Source of the DNA: a bacterium
GTDB lineage: Bacteria > Margulisbacteria > Marinamargulisbacteria > GCA-2716485 > JAYNIM01
Assembly: GCA_038109055.1 (NCBI GenBank)
Contig: JAYNIM010000010.1
Span: forward strand, 1-60,238
Length of the DNA: 60,238 bases
Direction of reading: 5' to 3'
Part shown: positions 48,597-58,446 of the stretch, one piece after another
Numbering within the stretch: position 1 is the stretch's first letter
Layout of the letters: each line of letters begins with the position of its first letter
Program-made: the position numbers and the translations under genes
The notes under the pieces: model-generated
Told to the model about the DNA's origin: nothing
Databases searched by the model: none
The model's input: only the letters and a program-made list of their open reading frames with translations

Positions 48597-50258
48597 TCAG
48601 CCCGTAATAGCCTCTCCCATATCAAACTCACTCACGTCATAGCCCTGATTCAAACGAACTGTTTCAGGCATCGTATGTGTTAAGGTCTTATCGCCAAAAA
48701 ATTGAATCGGACCTGGATGCACAAAATGATCGTCACATGGATCTGCCTCATTCTGAAAAGTGACTAAAGCCTGATACGCTGGCGAATCCAAATCTACCAA
48801 AGCTTTTTTAATAACAGTCACATCTTTTCCATCACGACATTCTGTCGTTACCAACGCAGCCAAAGGAATCCCATAGGCCACCCCACCAGAATCCAACTCA
48901 GAAATCGCCGCCATGACTCCCGTCTTTTCCGCTAAAATCAACGACGCCGCACACAAACCTAAATTGTAGGTCAAGGCCGCATCAAACAACGAAGGGGCTG
49001 CACAACGTCCTTCATAGCCAAAAAAATGGGTATTCGTCGCAAAAGGAACCGCCTCGGGCAACAATTCTCTGACCGCATGAATAATCAATTCTTCTGTCGG
49101 AATCTGAGACACTTGTACGTTGCCATGAGAATCCCGATCCTTAAACAAAGCGCTTCGAACAGATACTGGCATCTCATCCAATACATCCTGATCGTCACTA
49201 TCCAAGGCCGCATAAATCAACTCAAAACGTTTTTCCTCGTCTTTGCCTTCCAATGACGTCGACAACCTCGCAAACACCCCATTAATATTCTGAATTAACT
49301 GCTGATATTCTGGGATAAATTCAATCAACCCTTCCGGCAGCAAAATAACGCCATAGTTCTTACCAAACTCTGCTCGTTTCTTCACCACATCCGCAATAGA
49401 CTGCGCTACATCTACCAAACGTTGTTTGTTCGCCAAAACAGCCTCCGATATCACCGTCACAGGCGCCTTGGTTTTCAAGCCAACTTCCAAGGCAATATGA
49501 CTAGCACTTCGCCCCATTAACTTTACCACATGCCAATATTTTCGAGACGAAGGGGTATCTTGTAAAATATTCCCCACCAACTCTGCATAAACCTTAGCAG
49601 CAGTGTCAAAACCAAATGAAATAGGTAACAAATCTGATACCTGTAAATCCCCATCAATCGTTTTAGGCACCCCAATAACCTTACATCCCAACGGTAACAA
49701 AGCCTCTGCCAATAACAAGGCATTGGTATTCGAATCATCGCCCCCAATCACCACTAAAGCCGTCAACGAAAAACGCTGCACCACATCTTTAACCTGAGCA
49801 AACTGTTCTTCCGTCTTAATCTTTGTCCGATCTGACCCCAATAAATCAAAGCCCCCCAAGTTTAATTTAGAGGCCACCTTCTCATCATCCAATTCCAGAA
49901 AATCTCCCTCCAATAACCCTTTTGGCCCCGCTTTTACTCCATACAAAATATGAGGATCCGGCAACAAAGCCTTCAATCCTGCAATCACATTATGTCCGCC
50001 TGGCGCAGGTCCTCCCGAAAACAAAACCGCCACTCGTTGTACAAGTTTCGCCTGTCCATTACCCACATCAGCACGCAACAAGCACTGTTTATCCGTGCTC
50101 CCCGAAAAATCGAACCCAGCTCGCTGTTGATCATCCTTCTTAAAATCACAAGCTTTAACGCCTTCCTGACCTCTAAAACACGCCAATGTAGGAGGACGTA
50201 ATGATAATAATGCAGACTCAAACACCGTTTTCTCCCTTTTCATTAAACGTTGATTCAT
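48597..50258 (-). CDS. pfp: Pyrophosphate-dependent phosphofructokinase, long clade
   Basis: SGGPAPGGHNV, GGDDSNT, PKTIDGD, MGRSASH, FFGYEGRC; start at ATG 50258 behind GGGAG. Confidence 0.92.
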   Translation of the reverse strand: MNQRLMKREKTVFESALLSLRPPTLACFRGQEGVKACDFKKDDQQRAGFDFSGSTDKQCLLRADVGNGQAKLVQRVAVLFSGGPAPGGHNVIAGLKALLPDPHILYGVKAGPKGLLEGDFLELDDEKVASKLNLGGFDLLGSDRTKIKTEEQFAQVKDVVQRFSLTALVVIGGDDSNTNALLLAEALLPLGCKVIGVPKTIDGDLQVSDLLPISFGFDTAAKVYAELVGNILQDTPSSRKYWHVVKLMGRSASHIALEVGLKTKAPVTVISEAVLANKQRLVDVAQSIADVVKKRAEFGKNYGVILLPEGLIEFIPEYQQLIQNINGVFARLSTSLEGKDEEKRFELIYAALDSDDQDVLDEMPVSVRSALFKDRDSHGNVQVSQIPTEELIIHAVRELLPEAVPFATNTHFFGYEGRCAAPSLFDAALTYNLGLCAASLILAEKTGVMAAISELDSGGVAYGIPLAALVTTECRDGKDVTVIKKALVDLDSPAYQALVTFQNEADPCDDHFVHPGPIQFFGDKTLTHTMPETVRLNQGYDVSEFDMGEAITG

Positions 50259-50392
50259 GATAAACACTCCCAAAAATACAAAGTTTCATACTCTAGTTTA
50301 AAACCCCCTTACACACAAAACAAGAAAAAACGTTTAAACAGCTCTCAAAGGAGGGCATATCTCTTATATATCCAGATAATGGAGGCTAAAAA

Positions 50393-51277
50393 ATCAACAA
50401 AATAAGGCCCTTTTTATTCATCTATCTCCTACTAATGTTCATAGTAGGCGCCTCCCACATCCTAGCAAACCCCATGATACAAAGCTGTGTCGCTAATTTT
50501 GCCAAAGGAAACGCCACAACTGCCGAACAAAGCGGGCTAGAAGCCGTCTACCGAAACCCTGCCGGACTCGTAGGTCTTCAAAAAAACACCCTTTCTATCA
50601 TGTCTGGATCCTACTTCAATAAACTATACAGTATTCAAGAATTAGCCTTTGCCTACCGTTTAAAAAACAAACTCATCTTCGCAATTACCCTCCCCACCCG
50701 AAGAATCACAAATATACGCTATCAAGAAAACGAAACCTTACACAACGAAATATTCGAAGATAAAAAACAACAAGTTCAATTCAGCTTAGCAAAACAACTC
50801 GTCCAAAACAAACTCAGCGTAGGCCTAACCATGGCATATCAAACACAAAAACTCTACAAAAGTAAGGCTAATGGCTATTTTATATCCCTAGGCGCACTAT
50901 GGGCCAAAGGTCCTTTTCAAATTGGTACTGCAATCCAACGACTAGGAGGTCTAACGATCAATTGGGATTACGGCAAAAAAGAACATATCTCTCCCCAATT
51001 ACTCACAGGCCTAACATGGACCCCCAAAAAAAATCTTCTTTTACTTACTGATATAGAATATCAAAATAACACCCATGCATTTAATATAGGCGCTTCCTAT
51101 CACGCAAATCCCTTAATCAATCTCCATATTGGACTCAATCACATTCAACAAATAGATCAACAATTAAACACAGGTCTATCAATAACTCTAAACCCTATAA
51201 ATATCCATTATGCATATACGAACCATGAGCTCCTAGGAAGAATTCACAAAATAAAATTTATCTATGACTTTCACTAA
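50393..51277 (+). CDS. PorV/FadL-like outer-membrane beta-barrel (ORF track start 50435; possible ATC start at 50393)
   Basis: N-terminal AKGNA...AVYRNPAGL motif, alternating beta strands, C-terminal HKIKFIYDFH. Confidence 0.7.
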   Translation: MNKIRPFLFIYLLLMFIVGASHILANPMIQSCVANFAKGNATTAEQSGLEAVYRNPAGLVGLQKNTLSIMSGSYFNKLYSIQELAFAYRLKNKLIFAITLPTRRITNIRYQENETLHNEIFEDKKQQVQFSLAKQLVQNKLSVGLTMAYQTQKLYKSKANGYFISLGALWAKGPFQIGTAIQRLGGLTINWDYGKKEHISPQLLTGLTWTPKKNLLLLTDIEYQNNTHAFNIGASYHANPLINLHIGLNHIQQIDQQLNTGLSITLNPINIHYAYTNHELLGRIHKIKFIYDFH

Positions 51278-52826
51278 ACTACTGCTAGTACTCATCCTAT
51301 CTTCAAGTACTATTTTCGCAACCCCAAAAGTCATCACTAAAATAGAATTACCCCGACGCCTACTAAAAAAAAACAGTCAAGCACTTAGTCAACTAAGCCA
51401 ACACATCCGTTGTATCAAACGGATACCCTGGCATAACACCAGCAAAAAAACACCGCTTCACCACGAATTATGGATTATTGAAGGAACCAACAAACAATCT
51501 CTACAGCAACTAAAAAATGAGCTAAAAAAATATAGCTTTATCACAAAAATCGAACCTTATATCCCCGCCCTGGGACAATCTATACACGAACACTCAAATA
51601 CTCCCTATAAAAAATTAGAAAATACCGACTTAAAAAGGCTAATAGAATTAAAAAAAAGAGATGTTATTGTCGCAATACTAGATACCGGAATCGACAGACA
51701 TCATCCCGCACTCTCTCAAAACATATCAATCAATACAAAGGAAATCATCAATGGCCAAGACGATGATAACAACGGATACATCGACGATCGATACGGCTAT
51801 GATTTTACTGGACAATCTGAACAACTCGGTGATCCAAGCGACGAGAACGGTCATGGGACACATTTAGCAGGCATTATCGCAGGTAAACTTAGCAATCAAA
51901 AAATAGGACTCGCTCCTCATGTCAAATTATTAAATGTAAAATGCCTCAATGACAATCAAAATGGATCTCAAATAGATATCGCTCAAGCCATTAAATATGC
52001 CGTAGACCAAGGTGCAGAAATTCTGAATTGTTCTTGGGCAATCGAAAATCCAAGTTGGATTCTTAAAGAAGCCATTGAATACGCCATCAATCACAATGTC
52101 ATCATTGTTGCAGCCGCAGGTAATAGAAACGTTAAGCCCATCATTTATCCAGCTGCCTATGAAAATGTCATCGCTGTATCTGCACTAAACAACGATAGAA
52201 AATTATCCAAATTAGCCAACCAAAACACTGCCTTTGATGTTGCCGCCTTCGGAGAAAATATACAAAGCAGCGATCTTAACCAATCATACAAAACACGATC
52301 AGGCACCTCTCAGAGCGCTGCCATCATCTCTGCCACCATCGCACATATCTTAGGATCCAGTCGTCACCCAATTACCAGCAAAACATGTAAAAATATACTA
52401 AAAAACGCCTATGTCATACAAAAAGAAAATAATCGAAACTATAAAACCATCAACTACCATCTACTCACACAAGAAATTCTATCCTATACAAAAACCCCCT
52501 CCCTTACATTACAATCTAGCACCTACCCAACACACTGTCGATTTTGGCCCAACCCCGCATCCCAAAACCAAGGAAATTTTAAAATTACCAGTCCGGAACT
52601 CAACCTAAATGAAGAAATATTGATCCAAATATTCAATGAATACGGCAAAAAAATAAAACATCTAAGAACACACTATAATCCTAACAAGCACATTACCTGG
52701 GACCTAAAAAACGACAACAACCAAACACTTAAAAACGGCACCTATTTTTACATTATCAAAGGTGAAAAAAGCCCCAAAATACTCAAAACAGGGACACTAT
52801 CGATTCTACAAAATTGGAGGACCTAA
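51264..52826 (+). CDS. Secreted S8 subtilase with a C-terminal T9SS-CTD/FlgD-Ig-like domain
   Basis: Signal peptide; VAILDTG, HGTHLAG, AAAGN, SGTS; tail WPNP...IQIFNEYGKKI...WDLKN...NGTYFYII. Confidence 0.88.
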   Translation: MTFTKLLLVLILSSSTIFATPKVITKIELPRRLLKKNSQALSQLSQHIRCIKRIPWHNTSKKTPLHHELWIIEGTNKQSLQQLKNELKKYSFITKIEPYIPALGQSIHEHSNTPYKKLENTDLKRLIELKKRDVIVAILDTGIDRHHPALSQNISINTKEIINGQDDDNNGYIDDRYGYDFTGQSEQLGDPSDENGHGTHLAGIIAGKLSNQKIGLAPHVKLLNVKCLNDNQNGSQIDIAQAIKYAVDQGAEILNCSWAIENPSWILKEAIEYAINHNVIIVAAAGNRNVKPIIYPAAYENVIAVSALNNDRKLSKLANQNTAFDVAAFGENIQSSDLNQSYKTRSGTSQSAAIISATIAHILGSSRHPITSKTCKNILKNAYVIQKENNRNYKTINYHLLTQEILSYTKTPSLTLQSSTYPTHCRFWPNPASQNQGNFKITSPELNLNEEILIQIFNEYGKKIKHLRTHYNPNKHITWDLKNDNNQTLKNGTYFYIIKGEKSPKILKTGTLSILQNWRT

Positions 52827-52828
52827 AA

Positions 52829-54220
52829 TTAGGCATTCTTTAAAAGTAATCCAACATCAACCGGGTAATCCCCAGTAAAACAATGATCCGTAAATTGCGG
52901 ATATTTAGGATCACGAACACAATTCCCAACAGCCTTATATGTACCTTCCAAAGATAAAAAGAATACAGACGTTGCACCTACTATCTGCCGGATATCCTCA
53001 AGACTATGGTTTGCGGCAATAAGCTCCTTCAAATTAGGGGTATCAATCCCATAAAAATCAGGAAATTTGATAGGCGGTGAAGAAATCGCAAAATGAACTT
53101 CTTTTGCCCCCGCATCAAACATCATCTTAACAACCTTATGTGCAGTCGTACCACGAACAATAGAATCATCGACCAAAACAACCCTCTGTCCCTGTATACA
53201 AGACACATTAACGCTATGCTTTAATTTAACCCCAAACTGTCGAATACTCTGAGACGGTTCAATAAACGTACGCCCAACATAATGATTGCGAATAATACCT
53301 AACTCAAAGGGAATACCTGACTGCTGAGAATAACCAATGGCTGCAGGCGCACCTGAATCCGGAACTGGAACCACAACATCAGCATCCACTCTATTCTCTA
53401 TCGCTAACTGCTTACCCAAATTTTTCCGATAAGTATAGACACTTTGACCATCCACAATACTATCCGGCCTCGCAAAATAAATCCGCTCAAAAATACAGGG
53501 TCGCTTTTGATAGCCTGAAAATACCCTCTCAGACGTTAAGCCAGACTCGGTAATAACAATCATTTCACCATTTTCAACATCCCGAATATAAGAAGCCCCA
53601 ATAATGTCCAAGGCACAAGTCTCAGATGCAAGCACATACGCGTCTTCTTTTTTTCCTAAAACTAAGGGCCTAATACCATAAGGGTCCCTCACTCCAATCA
53701 GTTTTTTATTAGTCATTATAATTAATCCATATGCCCCTTTAATTTGAAACAAGGCATCTTTAATTTTATCAAGCACCTTTTTTTTCCTAGAACGAGCAAC
53801 CAACTGTAAGATTATTTCAGTATCAGAGGTTGTTTGAAAAATAGATCCATCCTCAATAAGCTGACGTCTAAGAAGAGTCGTATTAGTCAAATTCCCATTA
53901 TGAGCACAAGAAAAACCACCTGCCGCCAAATTAGCAAATAAAGGCTGTAAATTTTCAAGTCTTGATTCTCCCGTCGTAGAATACCGCACATGCCCAATAG
54001 CCACATGTCCCTTTAACTTATCTAAAACCTCTGATTGATTAAAATGATCCCCTACTAAACCTTCACGCTTAACAGAAAAAAAATCGTGCCCATCATAACT
54101 CACAATACCCGCACCTTCTTGACCTCTATGCTGCAAAGAGTGCAAGCCTAAGGCTGTAAAAACAGAGGCCTCTGATGAACCATATATACCAAAAACACCA
54201 CACTCTTCTTTTAAACCCAT
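52829..54220 (-). CDS. purF: Amidophosphoribosyltransferase
   Basis: EECGVFG, LQHRGQE, GHVRYST, HNGNL, VDDSIVRGTT. Confidence 0.97.
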   Translation of the reverse strand: MGLKEECGVFGIYGSSEASVFTALGLHSLQHRGQEGAGIVSYDGHDFFSVKREGLVGDHFNQSEVLDKLKGHVAIGHVRYSTTGESRLENLQPLFANLAAGGFSCAHNGNLTNTTLLRRQLIEDGSIFQTTSDTEIILQLVARSRKKKVLDKIKDALFQIKGAYGLIIMTNKKLIGVRDPYGIRPLVLGKKEDAYVLASETCALDIIGASYIRDVENGEMIVITESGLTSERVFSGYQKRPCIFERIYFARPDSIVDGQSVYTYRKNLGKQLAIENRVDADVVVPVPDSGAPAAIGYSQQSGIPFELGIIRNHYVGRTFIEPSQSIRQFGVKLKHSVNVSCIQGQRVVLVDDSIVRGTTAHKVVKMMFDAGAKEVHFAISSPPIKFPDFYGIDTPNLKELIAANHSLEDIRQIVGATSVFFLSLEGTYKAVGNCVRDPKYPQFTDHCFTGDYPVDVGLLLKNA

Positions 54221-54242
54221 AAATATCTTACATTACCACCAT

Positions 54243-56312
54243 TCAATCATCCTGAATCATATCATATAAAACCGACAGGCCCTCATACAAATAAATATCT
54301 TTTTTCAAAGGATCAAGCCACTCATTATTCTTCGCCAAGCTAACAAAAGATAAATGAGAAAATTCTTTACTATGTTCATCTCGATCTTTTTTGATTCTTT
54401 CCAAACGTCGCCTCTGTTGAATTTGATGATCAATACGTAAGGAAATTTGCTTTTTATCAGAACGTAATTTCATAAAATCAAAATAACGTTGATAAGACAG
54501 AAACTTCACATCATCCTGCAATCGAACACGACTTTGTTTACGTAATGCAGAAACATCAAAAGTCTTTGGTACCATTTTAAAATGATCAGCACGAATTTTG
54601 TCCCAAGCCAAAGGATTATCCAAATATTTCTCCCCTACTTCAAGGTAAAAATCAGTATCAGGTAACAGAATATCAGGTAAAACACCTTTCAATTGTGTTG
54701 ACTCTCCCGAAACACGATAAAATTTTTGAATCGTCATTTTTAAAGAACCTAAGTCTGGATTCAATTTTGCCGGCCCCGGATACAAACGTTGTAAATCTAA
54801 AAACGTTTGAACAGTCCCTTTACCATAACTCGTAGCACCCACAATAACAGCACGGCCATAATCCTGTAAGGCAGCTGAGACAATTTCTGCCGCTGACGCC
54901 GAATAATGATTAATCAAAATTAACAAAGGCCCATTATACAGAATATCCCGATCTAAATCTCGATACACAGTCACTGAACGTTTACGATCCTTAACTTGAA
55001 CAACAGGTCCCTCCTCAATAAACAAACCAGCAACTTGAACAGCATCCATTAACGCCCCACCTTCATTATTTCTCAAATCCAAAACCACCCCAGAAATATC
55101 TTCTTTCTGAAAAGAATCTAACAATTTACGTACGTCCCCAGAAGAGTTACGTCCATCTTTATGGTTAAAATCACGATAAAATTTTGGCAAATAAATATAC
55201 CCTGTCTTAATTCCAAGTTTATTATTTTCTATAATCGCTGCTTTAGCAAAAGTATCCTCAATTAACACAACATCTCTTACCAACACAATTTCTTCTGTTG
55301 TATCATCACTCTTTTTGACCCAAAGACGCACAGTCGTCCCCTTTTTACCTCGAATCAACTTCACCGCATCACGAACACGCCGACCAATAATATTTTCATA
55401 CACACCTTGTTCACCCTGAGCTACTTTTAAAATTTTATCATTAGCCGACAACAAACCTTGCCTAGAAGCGGCTCCACCTGCAATAATTCGATCCACAACA
55501 ATAAAGTTATCTTTTTCACTTAAAACAGCGCCAATACCTTCTAACTGTCCCGAAATAGAAATATCAAAGTCTTCCTTTTTATCAATCGGAAAATACGAGG
55601 TATGTGAATCATAACTACTTAATAGGGCATTCACATAAAGGTTCTTTAAATTCTCATCACTTTCACTTTTAAAATTTTTAAATAACTGAATTAAATCTTC
55701 CTTGATTTTCTTTTGAGACGTCACTAATATTTCGGGATCAATCACAATAGGATCATCAAGGGTGGCAATAGTCACGTTCTGTGTACTATTAATTGCGTCT
55801 TCAGCTATATCCAAATACAAACTCATTAAACGATATTTTAACTGCCTACGCCAATAATCTAATTGATCAGATTCACTTTCAGCATACAAGTTCTGATCGT
55901 CACGATCCAAATCAACAAATTCATTCGAAAAAAAATCAACGGGTTCATCAACAAGCCCCATAACCTTCGGTTCCAAGGCAGCTAAACGTGCTCGCCAAAT
56001 ATCTATAATCTGATCAAAAAAAGCAAAACTTCCTTGTTTAATCTCATCATCAATACGATATTTATGAACAGATAAGGCCTCAATATCAGACTGTAAAAAC
56101 ACCTTTTTCTGAGGATCTATCCATTTCAAATACAAGGTATAGGTTTCCTCAGAAAAGGTATCATCCAAAGAAGTAGGTTGTACATGAAACGACTGTAAAG
56201 TCGTGAAAAGAACCTGCAATAAAATCTGATCTTTGTTTAATACCTGAGGAAAAACCCCCGACACAAACCATAAGAAAATTACAAGAAAAAAAGAAAAAAA
56301 ACTACGTCGCAT
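54243..56312 (-). CDS. prc: Carboxy-terminal processing (tail-specific) protease, S41A, long Prc type
   Basis: DSHTSY, EGIGAVL (PDZ), DLRNNEGG, SASAAEI, GKGTVQ, KFYRVSG. Confidence 0.92.
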   Translation of the reverse strand: MRRSFFSFFLVIFLWFVSGVFPQVLNKDQILLQVLFTTLQSFHVQPTSLDDTFSEETYTLYLKWIDPQKKVFLQSDIEALSVHKYRIDDEIKQGSFAFFDQIIDIWRARLAALEPKVMGLVDEPVDFFSNEFVDLDRDDQNLYAESESDQLDYWRRQLKYRLMSLYLDIAEDAINSTQNVTIATLDDPIVIDPEILVTSQKKIKEDLIQLFKNFKSESDENLKNLYVNALLSSYDSHTSYFPIDKKEDFDISISGQLEGIGAVLSEKDNFIVVDRIIAGGAASRQGLLSANDKILKVAQGEQGVYENIIGRRVRDAVKLIRGKKGTTVRLWVKKSDDTTEEIVLVRDVVLIEDTFAKAAIIENNKLGIKTGYIYLPKFYRDFNHKDGRNSSGDVRKLLDSFQKEDISGVVLDLRNNEGGALMDAVQVAGLFIEEGPVVQVKDRKRSVTVYRDLDRDILYNGPLLILINHYSASAAEIVSAALQDYGRAVIVGATSYGKGTVQTFLDLQRLYPGPAKLNPDLGSLKMTIQKFYRVSGESTQLKGVLPDILLPDTDFYLEVGEKYLDNPLAWDKIRADHFKMVPKTFDVSALRKQSRVRLQDDVKFLSYQRYFDFMKLRSDKKQISLRIDHQIQQRRRLERIKKDRDEHSKEFSHLSFVSLAKNNEWLDPLKKDIYLYEGLSVLYDMIQDD

Positions 56313-57774
56313 CCAACGCCAACGCCTGTAATAACGCTATTAAATTACGCGTCCCTTCAGCAGCCATGCCCTTTTTCCCCAAAGAAGTTCTATCTGTCAA
56401 TCTCATCACAGGGGCAATATCTAAATGTACCCATGGCACTTTATCAACAAATTGTTCTAAAAACTTTGCTGCTGTACACGCGCCACCATAGCGACTTTCG
56501 CAACAATTCGAGATATCCGCAACAGACGACTTAAGATCATCCAAATAATCATCATACAAAGGTAAATGCCACACACGTTCTCCGGTAAAAGAAGAAATCG
56601 TTTGAAATTTTTTAATCAAGGTCTCATCATTAGAAAATAATCCTGCAGCTCGTTGCCCCAAAGCAACCACACATGACCCCGTCAACGTTGCCACGTCTAC
56701 AATACAAGACACCTGTTGTTGAACAGCATAACAAAGAGCATCAGCCATCACCAAACGCCCCTCAGCATCGGTATTTAAAATCTCGATTGTTTTACCATTC
56801 ATCGCAGTCACAACATCCCCTGGTTTTTGTGCATCACCAGAAGGCATATTTTCTGCCAAGGGGATCAAGGCCAACACCGGCATATCTATCTGTAAATTAG
56901 CAGCAGCATACAAGGCCCCTAAAACAGTAGCCGCTCCACTCATATCAGCCTTCATTTCAGACATACTTTTAGAGGGTTTTATAGAAATACCCCCCGAATC
57001 AAAAGTAATGCCCTTACCAACCAAAGCAATGGGTCTAGACCCTTCCTTGACCCGATATCTTAAACACAACAAATAAGACGCCTCAGCAGACCCCCTTCCA
57101 ACACCCAAAAAGGCCTCCATGCCCAATGAAGCTGCCTGAGCTTCATCAATAACATCTACCTCTACAGGCAAATCTTTAAAAACTGAAGAAGCCCAATCTA
57201 CAACTGCCTTAGGTGTCAATAAATTAGACGGTTTATTAGCCAAGGTTCTAACAAGACATACCGCTTCACCAATGAGCAACCCGGAACGTAGCCCTTCTAA
57301 AAATGACGTCGATTGATCCTCTGGACAAGTAACATTTAAAGATTTCAAAGCAGACTCGTTTTCCCCTTTCTTAGGATAAACATAGGAAGATAACAAAAGA
57401 GCTTCTCCAATTAATTGACCTAAAAGAGACTCAGAGAAATCAAAACAAAAACCAGGTATAAACAAGCTAATATCAGAACGTTTTGTCACATCCAACGCAA
57501 GATAAGCAGCAGCAATAGATTCTCGTAAAACGACATAATCGACACTCTCGGGTAATCGATAAAACACGACCAATTGCATGCCTTGGCCAAAATCATAATA
57601 AACCTGAGAAAAGGTCTTTTCTTTAACAGGAAACACGGGCTTTAAGGTTAAAAAATGTGCCTTCATATCAGATTCAAGGATATTCAGATCATCATCATCT
57701 CTATACAAAAATACAACAGCATCCCGATTAGGAGTAAAAGCGTTGTATGCACAAGACTCTAAAGTAAAAGACAT
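56302..57774 (-). CDS. pepA: Leucyl aminopeptidase (M17)
   Basis: GKGITFDSGG, MKADM, NTDAEGRL, ATLTG, HLDIA. Confidence 0.96.
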   Translation of the reverse strand: MSFTLESCAYNAFTPNRDAVVFLYRDDDDLNILESDMKAHFLTLKPVFPVKEKTFSQVYYDFGQGMQLVVFYRLPESVDYVVLRESIAAAYLALDVTKRSDISLFIPGFCFDFSESLLGQLIGEALLLSSYVYPKKGENESALKSLNVTCPEDQSTSFLEGLRSGLLIGEAVCLVRTLANKPSNLLTPKAVVDWASSVFKDLPVEVDVIDEAQAASLGMEAFLGVGRGSAEASYLLCLRYRVKEGSRPIALVGKGITFDSGGISIKPSKSMSEMKADMSGAATVLGALYAAANLQIDMPVLALIPLAENMPSGDAQKPGDVVTAMNGKTIEILNTDAEGRLVMADALCYAVQQQVSCIVDVATLTGSCVVALGQRAAGLFSNDETLIKKFQTISSFTGERVWHLPLYDDYLDDLKSSVADISNCCESRYGGACTAAKFLEQFVDKVPWVHLDIAPVMRLTDRTSLGKKGMAAEGTRNLIALLQALALDAT

Positions 57775-57879
57775 GCGAACATTATACTGTGGAAAATCGA
57801 AAAAAGTACAGAATAAAAATAAAATTCAAAAAAATGAAATTTAAACATAGAAAACAACGTTAACCTTTATACTTAATTC

Positions 57880-58446
57880 ATGAAAAAAAAAATACGCAAC
57901 CTATTATTATTAATCCAATTAGCTACTTTATGGCTTGTTAACATACAAGCAGAAGAGTACCAATTGCATTATTTTAATAAATTTCAAACTAGAACATCGA
58001 TAACAGAGCCCGGCAACAACCAACTTTCTATCTATTTTCTCAAACAAAACTGGACAATAGCACTCCAAGACCCAAACAGCGCTATCGGTCAATCTATCGA
58101 AGAATTCAGCTTAAAAAAAGACCCCGTCTTCTATCCAAACCCCTTTCAAGTTAGAGACAACCCACAACTACAATTTGCAATCTCAAAAATCAGTCAAAAT
58201 GAATTCAATAACCTTAAATTCGAAATCAGAGCCTACGACTATAGAGGATTTGAAATTATAAGAAAATCATTCTTTAAAAATGACAAAGAATTTGTTTACA
58301 ACGATCGCAGTGACGTTACATACATTAATCTACACTTCGAAGAAGCCGAATTAAAAGAAAAATTCTCATCTGGCGGCTATGTATACCTTCTGTTAAAAAA
58401 CAACGACGTCATTGCCAAAGGACAATTTGCAGTTAAACCACAATGA
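57880..58446 (+). CDS. Small secreted protein consisting largely of a T9SS-CTD/FlgD-Ig-like domain
   Basis: Signal peptide ending IQA; VFYPNPF...IRAYDYRG...SSGGYVYLL...KGQFAV. Confidence 0.7.
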   Translation: MKKKIRNLLLLIQLATLWLVNIQAEEYQLHYFNKFQTRTSITEPGNNQLSIYFLKQNWTIALQDPNSAIGQSIEEFSLKKDPVFYPNPFQVRDNPQLQFAISKISQNEFNNLKFEIRAYDYRGFEIIRKSFFKNDKEFVYNDRSDVTYINLHFEEAELKEKFSSGGYVYLLLKNNDVIAKGQFAVKPQ

